Part shown: piece after piece, positions 30,201 through 38,705 of the stretch
Layout: every line of letters starts with the position of its first letter
Numbering within the stretch: the first letter of the stretch is position 1
Notes under the pieces: model-generated
Told to the model about the DNA's origin: nothing
Database searches by the model: none
What the model saw: the letters and a program-made list of their open reading frames with translations, nothing else
NCBI GenBank assembly: GCA_965198945.1
Contig: CBDAQI010000012.1
Location: 83,964 to 147,963 of the forward strand
Source of the DNA: Thermodesulfobacteriota bacterium
Lineage (GTDB): Bacteria; Desulfobacterota_D; UBA1144; Nemesobacterales; Mycalebacteriaceae
Length of the DNA stretch: 64,000 nt
Direction: 5' to 3'
Made by a program: the position numbers and the translations under genes

Positions 30201-30276
30201 TTAAGAGATGTTCTATTCTTTCAGTCAATTCCTCGTCCTTGCGGCTCTGCGTAAGGTTCCGTTTTTTATTCTGCAA
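27229..30276 (-). CDS. addA: AddA-like UvrD helicase with C-terminal PD-(D/E)XK nuclease
   Basis: Motifs AGAGSGKT, TIHG, VDEFQDT, QSIYSFRGA, HGAKGLEF, YVTMTRA and GRIDL...VDYK. Confidence 0.88.
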   Translation of the reverse strand: MQNKKRNLTQSRKDEELTERIEHLLNLNEEQAEIIRSDASRIAVCAGAGSGKTRLIVARCLSELESGKAGMDSIAAITFTENAATEIRERIAKSIGDYIKKFGERGNLTQKTIGEVSTAQVSTIHGLAARIIRENLFDTGFPAGFEIAGAGEADEYLNTAILETVLKLRAGKGPESEALNGLLENELFNLDAVMKNIALIVRGSMEKHLPRPLALSGFVRPAREPAAPESVKKMLGENDAVFRSNSARKRFEKAKKMQTGGSAALVCRELKNTIGEITKIWEMKTASPEEKEAARAIAAHAERAVDLLNSRLTELYLPVAEEVMKCYEEIKARNSAVEYGDLLTNALQILRKNHPALSNYRKRFGLIMVDEFQDTDSTQNKIISLLSGEKTKIMVVGDTMQSIYSFRGAEPKIFRKILESRDFEKFRLRKNYRTSSGLTDFINNVFKNVFDDYTRMEAVRESGGTFQAFAAEGKNSEETRLSEAVFIAEKISELTEKTGYSYSDIALIFRRSKNIQIYERALRRAKLPFKRTGETEFSGLAEIRDMVSMMRFIANPLDETAVAAVLRSPFFGISDTGLARYFSEKRKTKASSFGGFLKLLSKDKGEHCAAARYLLSIVESGERVNFSSPLETARFAAFNLGYAAAALALPNGKQIRGNIIKFTEMSAALAEKGAGLHDAVKFFNREPLPFEDSGTDGDKDSVTLITSHGAKGLEFPVVFIADTNYSEARERGKITVSPEHGVMACHDRCGIGKWKQIEESGRSEEEKRILYVTMTRAADAVFTQRHEKPRRSSLAGIIESALVKLPDFKDAAGGHPGPALKKKRESGTGGGCGPAVPTLKSLSPLYTMDENPEDDAMADGFRTITKTEEGEIMHRFFEMWDFSPESVEELADFVAAERFIREKRIRGKIIRSAENALGSPLAEMARNASRLRREYDFTIEKTSENTKRFVNGRIDLLMETEERTVIVDYKYTDIFDTGKYAAQIQTYCEAVEKISGKKPVERYIFFLPSGRMESV

Positions 30277-33068
30277 ATGTCCGAATAGGAGCAGAAATCA
30301 CACGGCCGTCCGGTTTTGCCGAGACTCATTTCAGATTTATATGGAAATCCTTCAGGTTTGCGAACCGGAACCGGTGAGAAAAAACCGTCTTTTATAAGAT
30401 TGATATTGCTTTCGGCAAGCTCCGCCGCCCGGTCAATCTCAATTCCCTTTTTATCGCCGCCAGTTCGCTCATTCATTTCCCAGGGGCGTTCCACTGAAAT
30501 ATAAGCCCCCGCAGACGGCGACATTCCGGTCTCCCGTGAAAACGCCGCCAGATAGAGCGGAATCTGCAGGCTTTTACGGTCACAGAAAGTTTCCGGCAGC
30601 GCACCCTTTTTGTAGTCAACCAGACGGATTCCGCCTTCCCCGTCCGTATCAATTCTGTCAATTCTTCCCCTGATTTCCGCATTTGCGATTACCAAACGTA
30701 TCTCTCTTTCAAAAAACTCCGGTTTGAATTTTTTCTCCCTGATTCTCTTTTTTTCAAAGTCAATAAATCTTCCGAGTATCAGCCGCGCACGTTCTTTTTG
30801 AATCTCCCACACCCCGTCGGAAAATTTGCAGTAACGCTTTTTTGTTTCCTCACCATCAAGAAAATTCCGGAGAGCCGTGCCGGTTTTTCCACCGCTTGAA
30901 AAGACATGCCTGAGCGCTTCGTGGTAAAGGCTTCCGGTGTCACGAGCGGTCGGGATTTCCGTGTTTTCCTCTTTTTCTCTGATTCCGAGAACGTTTGAGC
31001 AGAAAAACATGAAAGGGCAGGTCCCGAATTTTTCAATGTCCGTAACGCGCAGTTTTTCCCACCAATGATCCTCTGATTCATCAACCACTCCCTCAAAACG
31101 ACCGAACACACCCTCGGTCTGAAGCCTTTCATTTTCGGCGGCGGTTCCCCGTTCGGCCGCCTCCGCGAGACTTGAAAACGGGTCGGTTTGTGCGAGCAGT
31201 TTTTTTGTTTCTTCGGAAATTTTCCGGTTGAGCGCGAAATCCCTCGCCCTGACGGCCTCTGTGGAATAGGGGTTTGGCGGAATCTCCGCTTGTTTTCTGT
31301 CCCATATTATGGAGCTTTCCGGGATTTCCTGAATGAAAAGAGAGCGGTTTTGAGAGCCCCTTCCCTTCCCGTTTTTTGAAAATGAGATATGCAGCCGCTC
31401 TTCCGCACACGCAACCGCGCCGCACCAGATAAGACGTTCGTCGCTCAGATATACCGCGTCTGTCGTAAGCGCGGGGGTTTTGCAAAAGCGGTTTATAAGT
31501 TCTTTTTCTTCGTTGTTGAAAATCGCGCTTTCCCGCGGCCGTCCCGGAAACGAACGTTCCGTGCAGCCGAGAATAAAAACCACCGGATACGAAGTTCCTC
31601 TTGACTGAAGAGCGCTCATGACCGGGACGCCTGAACCTGCGGAGGGTGTTTTGTATGAACAGCGGCGGTTTGCGAGAAGCTCTGAAACAAAATCCGAAAG
31701 CTCTTCGGATGAAGAGAATTCTTCATTCCATTTTTGTGACAGAAAAGACGCCTCTCTCAATAAATTCCTTGTTTCTTCAAGCGAGTTGTCCCGCCCCCGT
31801 GCTTTGTATGTTTCGGTTTTGTCAACAATTTCTGAAAGACTTCCAAATATTGCGGCCGCTTTTTTTGTTTCGCCGTCCGCAATTGAAATTTCTGAGAGCA
31901 TATTTTTCAGTTCGGCAACCTTTTTCAGGCAGGCGGTGAAATTCCGGTTTTTGTGCAGAGGCCCGGTCATTGCGTCAAAAAGAGCGTCTTTTTCAAGCCG
32001 CACTCCGTTTTTAACAGCTTCGGTCTCCATTGCCGTCGCGACCTCAAGAATGTTTCCGGTGTTCCGGAAGAACGGTTTCAGCATGGGATTTCTGATAAGG
32101 CGTATAAAACCGTCTCCTTCCCGGTCGTGTGCGGCCGCAAACAAATCTTTCAGAAAAACCGATATGCCCGAAGCCGCTCCGAGCCTCATGCCGGACTGGA
32201 TTGTCACCGGCACCCCGCCTCTCTCAAAAGCATTGGCGATTACGGGCGCAGACGAAGTCAGGTCACGGACAATTACGGCAAAGTCCGCCAGGCTTCTCCC
32301 TCCGTCAATCATACTTCTGATTTGTGAAGCGGCAAAGTCCGCCTCATTTGTCAGAAAATCAAACGAAGAAAGACAGACTGCGGGCGTTTTTGAAGAGTCT
32401 TGTTTTTTCTCCGGTTTGCCGGAACAAAGCCGCAGGATTTTTATTCCCTTTCTCTCCGCCGCTTCCAGAACCCGGATATGTGAAGGCGTGAGTCTGTGGA
32501 AGCCCGCGGCGATAATTCTGCGGAATTTCCCGTTTATGATATCCGCCTTTCCCCGTTCAACCGCTCCCGCAAGTTCAATAAGCGCGCTTGTGTCGTCCGT
32601 CATTGCGGATTCCCTCATCCGGTCTTCAAAATTTTTCAGCAAGGGCTCAAGCGCGGCTAGTTTTTCAATAATTTCCTCCGGCAGTTTGTCTCCGCTTTTT
32701 TTTATTATTTCCCCGGGGCTTGTTCCGCTCTGTTTGAAACCCGTGTTCAGTTCAAGCAGTTCCGCAACCGGGTGTCCGCCGTCTTTTCCGTTGAGAGCAA
32801 CGTCTCCGGCGGTTTTGTGCATTAAAATTTCTCTTCCGGTTCGTGAAAGTATCAGTTTGCGCCCGGCCGTGCGGCAGTGCGTGTGCGACAGATCACCGAA
32901 GGTGGTGACAAACGGAGCTGAGTCCGAGCCGGCAAAAAGTCTTCGCGCCCGCCACACCGCGGGTGTGTCCGGCAGAACAAACAGGTCTTTTCCGGGCGCC
33001 GGTTCAACCTTGAATTTTTTAAGAATGCCGCTGTCTAAAAGCGGTCCCGCGAAGGAAACCGTTTCCAT
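30225..33068 (-). CDS. addB: AddB-like PD-(D/E)XK nuclease subunit
   Basis: TCPF, GRIDRID, VDYK and QIPLY motifs with a terminal CDFC...C Fe-S staple; paired with addA. Confidence 0.82.
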   Translation of the reverse strand: METVSFAGPLLDSGILKKFKVEPAPGKDLFVLPDTPAVWRARRLFAGSDSAPFVTTFGDLSHTHCRTAGRKLILSRTGREILMHKTAGDVALNGKDGGHPVAELLELNTGFKQSGTSPGEIIKKSGDKLPEEIIEKLAALEPLLKNFEDRMRESAMTDDTSALIELAGAVERGKADIINGKFRRIIAAGFHRLTPSHIRVLEAAERKGIKILRLCSGKPEKKQDSSKTPAVCLSSFDFLTNEADFAASQIRSMIDGGRSLADFAVIVRDLTSSAPVIANAFERGGVPVTIQSGMRLGAASGISVFLKDLFAAAHDREGDGFIRLIRNPMLKPFFRNTGNILEVATAMETEAVKNGVRLEKDALFDAMTGPLHKNRNFTACLKKVAELKNMLSEISIADGETKKAAAIFGSLSEIVDKTETYKARGRDNSLEETRNLLREASFLSQKWNEEFSSSEELSDFVSELLANRRCSYKTPSAGSGVPVMSALQSRGTSYPVVFILGCTERSFPGRPRESAIFNNEEKELINRFCKTPALTTDAVYLSDERLIWCGAVACAEERLHISFSKNGKGRGSQNRSLFIQEIPESSIIWDRKQAEIPPNPYSTEAVRARDFALNRKISEETKKLLAQTDPFSSLAEAAERGTAAENERLQTEGVFGRFEGVVDESEDHWWEKLRVTDIEKFGTCPFMFFCSNVLGIREKEENTEIPTARDTGSLYHEALRHVFSSGGKTGTALRNFLDGEETKKRYCKFSDGVWEIQKERARLILGRFIDFEKKRIREKKFKPEFFEREIRLVIANAEIRGRIDRIDTDGEGGIRLVDYKKGALPETFCDRKSLQIPLYLAAFSRETGMSPSAGAYISVERPWEMNERTGGDKKGIEIDRAAELAESNINLIKDGFFSPVPVRKPEGFPYKSEMSLGKTGRPCDFCSYSDICRIKNGTLRRAARTRN

Positions 33069-33131
33069 AAATGTTCCCTTTTAAGAGTATAAAACAAACC
33101 GCCGGATATTAAAACCGCCGGTTTCTTTTTG

Positions 33132-33208
33132 TGGCGTCCCCGGAGGGATTTGAACCCCCGACCCCGGGATTAGGAATCCCGTGCTCTATCCTGCTGAGCT
33201 ACGGGGAC
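33132..33208 (-). tRNA. tRNA-Arg(CCT)
   Basis: Reverse complement reads GTCCCCGTAGCTCAG...CGGGA-TTCCTAA-TCCCG...CGGGGACGCCA. Confidence 0.96.
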
Positions 33209-33307
33209 GTTTGCGGGGCGTATTTTAACCGTCCGCTGATTTTCTTCAAAAAAGGAAACCGGAAAAATTAGTCTTGGCGCACTTGTTTTTTAACCTCTGT
33301 TCATATA

Positions 33308-33329
33308 TAAATTAGCCATGCCTAATTTA
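33308..33329. promoter_or_regulatory. DtxR/MntR-type operator
   Basis: Perfect inverted repeat TAAATTAG-ccatgc-CTAATTTA, 10 nt upstream of the DtxR-family repressor gene. Confidence 0.75.
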
Positions 33330-33339
33330 GCGGTGCCCC

Positions 33340-34041
33340 ATGTTTAATCAGACAACCCAGGACTATTTGAAGGCGATTTACAAGCTTGGAGAAAGTTCGG
33401 AGAGGGTTACCACCAAATCCATAGCCGAGAGACTGAAAGTTTCTCCCCCTTCCGTTACGGGAATGACGAGAAAGCTTGCCGCAAAAAAGCTGCTTGTTCA
33501 CAAGCCGTATCACGGCGTCAAGCTGACAAAATCGGGAGAAAAAATCGCGCTTGAAATGATAAGGCACCACAGGCTGATAGAGCTTTACCTGAGAGAGGCG
33601 CTTGGAATTCCGTGGGACAAGGTTCATGAGGAGGCAGAAAAATGGGAGCATTTTATCTCCGAAGATGTGGAGAACAGAATGGATGAGAAGCTCGGATTTC
33701 CCAAACTTGACCCGCACGGGGCGCAGATACCCACGCGCGAAGGTGTTTTGCCGATAAACAGAAAGTGTGAAACCCTTGACACGCTTGAGACCGGAGACAA
33801 AGGGGTTGTTGCGGAAGTCAGTGATCATGATTCACAGTTGCTCCATTATTTCGCCGGTATAGAAATTTTTCCGGGCAACGGCATTGAGGTGGAAACCGTG
33901 GAGCCGTTTGACGGACCGATGACCGTAAACATCAAGGGGCGTAAAAGCGCCATAGGCAGGAACGTGGCGATGTATGTTTCCGTTACGGACATAGAGAGGG
34001 GCTCTTCGGAACAAAAAAGAATTTCAGGAGGAAAAAAATGA
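33340..34041 (+). CDS. mntR: DtxR/MntR family metal-dependent repressor with FeoA-like domain
   Basis: Motifs QDYLKAIY, VSPPSVTGM, RHHRLIE, EAEKWEH and DPHG. Confidence 0.92.
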   Translation: MFNQTTQDYLKAIYKLGESSERVTTKSIAERLKVSPPSVTGMTRKLAAKKLLVHKPYHGVKLTKSGEKIALEMIRHHRLIELYLREALGIPWDKVHEEAEKWEHFISEDVENRMDEKLGFPKLDPHGAQIPTREGVLPINRKCETLDTLETGDKGVVAEVSDHDSQLLHYFAGIEIFPGNGIEVETVEPFDGPMTVNIKGRKSAIGRNVAMYVSVTDIERGSSEQKRISGGKK

Positions 34042-35030
34042 GACGGTTTTTAATTTTTCTGGCGGTTATTCTCTTTTTTAACCCGGCTTTCTCTTCAGCC
34101 CACGAGGCTTCTTTCAGGCACTGGCACGTTCCAATCAATGTTGTTTCTACAACCGGGATCATCAATGACATTGTAAAAAGTGTGGGGGGAGACAAAATTT
34201 CGGCCAAATCCCTTATGGGGCCCGGGGTTGACCCTCATGTTTATAGGGCGACTGCGGGAGACATGGGAACGCTTGCCTCCGCAGACCTTATTTTCCATCA
34301 CGGGCTTCATCTTGAGGGGAAAATTTCCGATGTGATAAGCGGTATGAAGTCAAGGGATATACAAACAGTCGCCGTCACGGACGATATTCCGAGACCCATG
34401 CTGATTCCGGTGGGCGGAGACGGCAATTATGACCCGCATGTCTGGTTTGACCCGGCTCTGTGGACATATGCAGTCAGAGCCGTGGAACAGTCGCTTTCAG
34501 AGATTGACCCGGTCAATGCGGATTATTACCGCAAGAACGCCCGCGCCTACATCGCTGAGCTCTCAGAACTTGATGAATATGCCAGAATAATGTCTTCGGG
34601 CATTCCCGAGGAAGGGAAATTTCTCGTAACTTCGCATGACGCCTTTCTGTATTTCGGAAAGGCCTACGGTTTCAAAGTGCGGGCGCTCCAGGGTGTCAGC
34701 ACGGTTTCGGAGGCTTCAATTTCTGATGTTGACCGTGTGGTGGAATTGATAGTGCGCAAAAAAATTCCCGCCATTTTTACCGAGTCTTCCGTTTCGCCGC
34801 GTTATATCAAATCGGTAAAAGAGGCTGTGGAGGCTTCCGGCGAGTCGGTCAGAATAGGCGGCGAACTTTATTCCGACGCTCTTGGAAGTGAGGAATCGGG
34901 GCATGGAAACTTTCCGGGAATGTTCAAACACAATGTTGAGGTGATTTTTTTGTCACTTTCCAACGGAGACGAACGGGAGCTTGCGACCGTTAATGAAAAC
35001 GGCCCCGGCCCCGAACAATACCTCAGATGA
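34038..35030 (+). CDS. Mn/Zn ABC transporter substrate-binding protein (TroA/MntA-like)
   Basis: Motifs PGVDPHVY, DPHVWFDP, SHDAFLYF and LYSDALG. Confidence 0.92.
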   Translation: MRRFLIFLAVILFFNPAFSSAHEASFRHWHVPINVVSTTGIINDIVKSVGGDKISAKSLMGPGVDPHVYRATAGDMGTLASADLIFHHGLHLEGKISDVISGMKSRDIQTVAVTDDIPRPMLIPVGGDGNYDPHVWFDPALWTYAVRAVEQSLSEIDPVNADYYRKNARAYIAELSELDEYARIMSSGIPEEGKFLVTSHDAFLYFGKAYGFKVRALQGVSTVSEASISDVDRVVELIVRKKIPAIFTESSVSPRYIKSVKEAVEASGESVRIGGELYSDALGSEESGHGNFPGMFKHNVEVIFLSLSNGDERELATVNENGPGPEQYLR

Positions 35031-35779
35031 AGGCGGCTTTGAAAATGGGAAATCCTCTTGATATTTATGGACTGACTGTTTCTTATTCCGGAGAAGTGGC
35101 TCTCTGGAATGCGTCGCTTTCATTTGACAGGGGCGCTCTGGCGGCGGTGGTGGGCCCGAACGGGGCCGGGAAAACGACTCTTATAAAAGCGGTTCAAAAC
35201 CTCGTGCCTAAATTTTCCGGAAAAGTTCTGATATTCGGACGCAGTTACGAAAGCATAAAAGAATCGGTCGCATATGTGCCGCAGCGCGGCAATGTTGACT
35301 GGAACTTTCCCGCGAGTGTGGCCGATGTGGTGCAAATGGGAACTTATTCGTCTCTCGGATGGATAAGGAGGCCGGGAGCGCGTGAAAGACGCAAAACTTT
35401 TGATGCGCTGGAGAGAACAGGCATCGCGGAATTTGCCGACCGCCAGATAGGCGAACTTTCCGGCGGGCAGCAGCAGAGGGTCTTTATAGCCCGCGCCCTT
35501 GCCCAGGAAGCCGATTTATATCTGATGGATGAGCCATTTCAGGGGGTTGACAAGATTACCGAGGCGGCGATAGCGGGTGTTATGCGCGAGATGAAAGGCG
35601 AGGGGAAAACCATTGTGGTGGTTCATCATGATCTTCAGACCGTGCCTGAGTATTTTGACCGGGTAACTCTTTTGAACGGGGAGGTTGTGGCGAGCGGAAT
35701 GGTGGAAGAGGTTTTTACCGATGAGAACATCAGCCGCACATATGGCCGCCCGCCCGCATTTTGCGAAAGCCGCATTTGA
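35027..35779 (+). CDS. Metal ABC transporter ATP-binding protein
   Basis: Motifs GPNGAGKT, LSGGQQQR, DEP and HHDL. Confidence 0.93.
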   Translation: MKAALKMGNPLDIYGLTVSYSGEVALWNASLSFDRGALAAVVGPNGAGKTTLIKAVQNLVPKFSGKVLIFGRSYESIKESVAYVPQRGNVDWNFPASVADVVQMGTYSSLGWIRRPGARERRKTFDALERTGIAEFADRQIGELSGGQQQRVFIARALAQEADLYLMDEPFQGVDKITEAAIAGVMREMKGEGKTIVVVHHDLQTVPEYFDRVTLLNGEVVASGMVEEVFTDENISRTYGRPPAFCESRI

Positions 35780-35786
35780 GAAATAG

Positions 35787-36647
35787 ATGTGGATTCCCGC
35801 CGAACTGTTCCCTAATTATACGGTTGCCGTTGTTGTTCTGGGTTCCGCGCTTCTCGGTCTGACTGCGGGCGCCTGCGGAACGGTTGTTTTCCTCAGAAAG
35901 GAAAGTCTCCTTGCGGACACCGTTTCCCACGGCTGCCTTCCGGGGATAGCGCTCGGGTTTCTGGCGGCCGGAGGCAGGTCTCATGAAGCGCTTTTGCTCG
36001 GAGCTTTTGCAACCGCTTTTATTACTTTGGGATTTATACGCCTCGCGCGTTCGGTTCCGACAATCAAGACTGACAGCGCTCTTGCCATGGGCGTGTCAAT
36101 CTCTTTCGGTGCCGGCATTGTTCTGCTTACGGTAATACAGTCGGGCGGCGCTTCGGGACAGGCCGGTCTGGACAGGTTTCTGTTCGGTCAGGCGAGCGCA
36201 ATGTCTTTGAGCGATGTAAAGACTATTTTTTTCGTCGGAACGGTTTGCGCGTCTTTTCTCGCGGTTTTCTGGAAGCAGGTCAAGATGGTCTGTTTTGACG
36301 GCGAGTATGCCCGAAGCGCGGGTTTCAGAACGCGCGCGGCGGGTTTTCTAATCAATGCGGTTCTGGTTGCGATAACCGTTGTGGGAATTGAAACGGTCGG
36401 CGTCGTGCTTATGTGCTCAATCCTGGTCGCTCCGGCAATTGCGGCAAGGCATTTGACCGGCAAAATGGGGATGATGGTTGCCGTCGCGGCATTTATCGGT
36501 GCGGTGTCGGGAGCCGTGGGTTCGGTTGCAAGCTGGAAAATCATAAATCTTCCCACGGGCCCCGCCATTGTTGTCTGTGTTACGGTTGCCGCGCTTGTCT
36601 CCGTTTTGTTTTCTCCACGCAGCGGGATTTCCGGAGGAAGTCGTTAG
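35787..36647 (+). CDS. Metal ABC transporter permease
   Basis: SLLADTVSH and LFGQ motifs; ABC-3 type hydrophobic pattern. Confidence 0.9.
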   Translation: MWIPAELFPNYTVAVVVLGSALLGLTAGACGTVVFLRKESLLADTVSHGCLPGIALGFLAAGGRSHEALLLGAFATAFITLGFIRLARSVPTIKTDSALAMGVSISFGAGIVLLTVIQSGGASGQAGLDRFLFGQASAMSLSDVKTIFFVGTVCASFLAVFWKQVKMVCFDGEYARSAGFRTRAAGFLINAVLVAITVVGIETVGVVLMCSILVAPAIAARHLTGKMGMMVAVAAFIGAVSGAVGSVASWKIINLPTGPAIVVCVTVAALVSVLFSPRSGISGGSR

Positions 36648-36650
36648 AAT

Positions 36651-37745
36651 TTGAGCCACGGGATTGAAATACAAATAATCGCCTCTCTGGTTTCCGTCTC
36701 CTGCGCAACAGTCGGGATTTTTCTCGTTTTAAGGGGAAAGGCCATGATAACGGATTCGGTGAGTCACTCCATCCTTCCGGGAATTGCGGCCGGGTTTCTT
36801 TTTACCGGCAGTTTAACTTCGCCGTTTCTTGTTGTCGGGGCTTTTGTCGCGGCTTTTGCAAGCGTTATTTCATCCGAAGCGCTGTCGCGCGGCAGGCTGA
36901 TGTCAAACGACTCGGCCATTGCATTTGTCTATCCTTTTCTCTTCAGCATAGGAGTCATACTGGTTTCGGGATATACGGACAATGCGCATCTGGATGTTGA
37001 TTCCGTCCTGCTCGGAGAGATAGCGTTTGCCCCTCTTGAAAGAGTGGTTTCAGGCGGAAAAGACCTGGGGCCTTTTTCATTCTACTCTTCGGGCGCCGTT
37101 GTTCTTATTAACACCGCTTTTATCGCTCTTTTCTATAAAGAGTTGAAGCTTTTAACCTTTGACCCCGTTGCAGCCAAAGCCGCCGGGTTGTCAAACTCCG
37201 CGCTTTCCGCTTTTTTTTCAGCCGTGGTCTGTATTACATGCATTGTTTCTTTCGGCGCCGTCGGGTCAGTTTTGCTGATAGCCCTGATTGCCGCTCCCCC
37301 CTGCTGCGCCCTGCTTTTGACCGACAGGCTTGGGCGGGCTCTTGTTTTGAGCGCTTTGTTCGCGGTTGCGGCGTCCGTTGCGGGATTTCATTTGGCGGTC
37401 GCGTGGAACACAAACATAGCGGGAGCCGTAACAACCGTTTTGGGAGCGGTGTTTCTGTTTGTTCTCATATTTGCGCCGCGCAAAGGAGTCGTTTCCGGCA
37501 TGCTTGAGAAACGCAGGCGTTCGGGGGAGATTCAAACCGCTCTTTTGCTGGAATACTTGGCCGGCGGAGACGGAAGTGAAAGTATTGAGAAACTTTGTCA
37601 CGCGATGATGTGGAAGCAAAGTTCGGTTGTTAAAACTTTGCGGCGGGCGGAGAAAAAAGGTTGTGTGGAAACTGACGGGCGGAGCGTGAGGATTATGGCT
37701 TCCGGGAGAAACGCGGCCGGAAGTTTTGCCTTGCGGCCACGGTGA
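36651..37745 (+). CDS. Metal ABC transporter permease with C-terminal winged-helix-like extension
   Basis: DSVSHSILPG, HLDVDSVLLGEI and KELKLLTFD motifs, then an ~80-aa soluble tail. Confidence 0.88.
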   Translation: MSHGIEIQIIASLVSVSCATVGIFLVLRGKAMITDSVSHSILPGIAAGFLFTGSLTSPFLVVGAFVAAFASVISSEALSRGRLMSNDSAIAFVYPFLFSIGVILVSGYTDNAHLDVDSVLLGEIAFAPLERVVSGGKDLGPFSFYSSGAVVLINTAFIALFYKELKLLTFDPVAAKAAGLSNSALSAFFSAVVCITCIVSFGAVGSVLLIALIAAPPCCALLLTDRLGRALVLSALFAVAASVAGFHLAVAWNTNIAGAVTTVLGAVFLFVLIFAPRKGVVSGMLEKRRRSGEIQTALLLEYLAGGDGSESIEKLCHAMMWKQSSVVKTLRRAEKKGCVETDGRSVRIMASGRNAAGSFALRPR

Positions 37746-37805
37746 TACATCCGCTCAACGTTCTTGCGTTCACACGCTTTGCTGTTAGTCTAAACCCCGG
37801 AGACA

Positions 37806-38102
37806 ATGACCAGATCAGATATCAGCAGAAACCTGTCTTACGGATTCGGACTTTCGGGCGAGGATGCGGACAGGGTTCTTGACACCATCATAGAAAGCAT
37901 GTTTTCGGCCGTTAAATCGGGCTCGCGCGTTGAAATAAGAGGATTCGGAAGTTTCTATGTCCGTGAATGCGAGTCATACACGGGAAGAAATCCCCGTACC
38001 GGAAAGAGCGTTGAAGTAAAAGCGAAAAGACTTCCCTGCTTCAGACAGGGAAAAGAAATCAGGGATTTTTTCAAAAAGATGTCCGGGTCAAGTCCTTCTT
38101 AA
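37806..38102 (+). CDS. ihfB: Integration host factor beta / HU family DNA-binding protein
   Basis: Motifs RVEIRGFGSF and GRNPRTG. Confidence 0.85.
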   Translation: MTRSDISRNLSYGFGLSGEDADRVLDTIIESMFSAVKSGSRVEIRGFGSFYVRECESYTGRNPRTGKSVEVKAKRLPCFRQGKEIRDFFKKMSGSSPS

Positions 38103-38117
38103 ATACAAAGGGCGAAA

Positions 38118-38705
38118 ATGTCTCCGCTGAAAATCCTTGTCTATCCGCATCCGGCTTTGAGAAAAAAAAGCGTCCCCGTGGGCGATGTTGACGAGCATAT
38201 CGGTCTGCTTCTTGATAATATGCTTGAGACAATGCGCGACGCGCGGGGAATAGGGCTTTCCGCCCCGCAGGTCGGCGAAAACATAAGGGTCGTCATTGTT
38301 TGCGACGCGCGCGCTTTTGAGGCTTCCGAAGACCAAAGCGAAGAAGAGCGCGAGGAAGACGCGGGCTGCGAAGCCGAACAGATGCCGGTGATAGAGATGA
38401 TTAACCCGGTCATAAAAAAATCTTCCGGCTCTGAATATCAGACTGAGGGATGCCTGAGCATTCCAAACTTTCTTGCGAAGGTGAAAAGAAAAGACAGTGT
38501 TGAGGTTGAGTGGACGTGCAGAGAGGGAAAAAAACACCGGATGTTTGTCCGGGGACTGACTGCGAGAATAATACAGCATGAAATTGACCATCTTGACGGC
38601 ATTCTTTTTGTTGACCGGCTTAGTCGGCTGAAAAAAGAGATGATGTTTAAAAAAATGGACAAGGTTTTTACCGCACCGGAAGGCCGGGAGTCTGAAAGCG
38701 TTTGA
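38118..38705 (+). CDS. def: Peptide deformylase
   Basis: Motifs GIGLSAPQVG, EGCLSIP and QHEIDHLDG. Confidence 0.96.
   Translation: MSPLKILVYPHPALRKKSVPVGDVDEHIGLLLDNMLETMRDARGIGLSAPQVGENIRVVIVCDARAFEASEDQSEEEREEDAGCEAEQMPVIEMINPVIKKSSGSEYQTEGCLSIPNFLAKVKRKDSVEVEWTCREGKKHRMFVRGLTARIIQHEIDHLDGILFVDRLSRLKKEMMFKKMDKVFTAPEGRESESV

Noticed and set aside
27229..33068. Helicase-nuclease pair as a novel defence system or Cas4-like partner
   Set aside because: Motifs and gene order fit housekeeping AddAB repair, and the pair lies 8 kb from the cas genes.
31618..33084. 488-aa plus-strand ORF
   Set aside because: Antisense shadow of addB with no recognisable motifs. The same applies to the many other antisense ORFs in the track.
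25787..33208. tRNA-bounded genomic island
   Set aside because: No integrase, no duplicated tRNA 3' end seen, and the enclosed genes are housekeeping.
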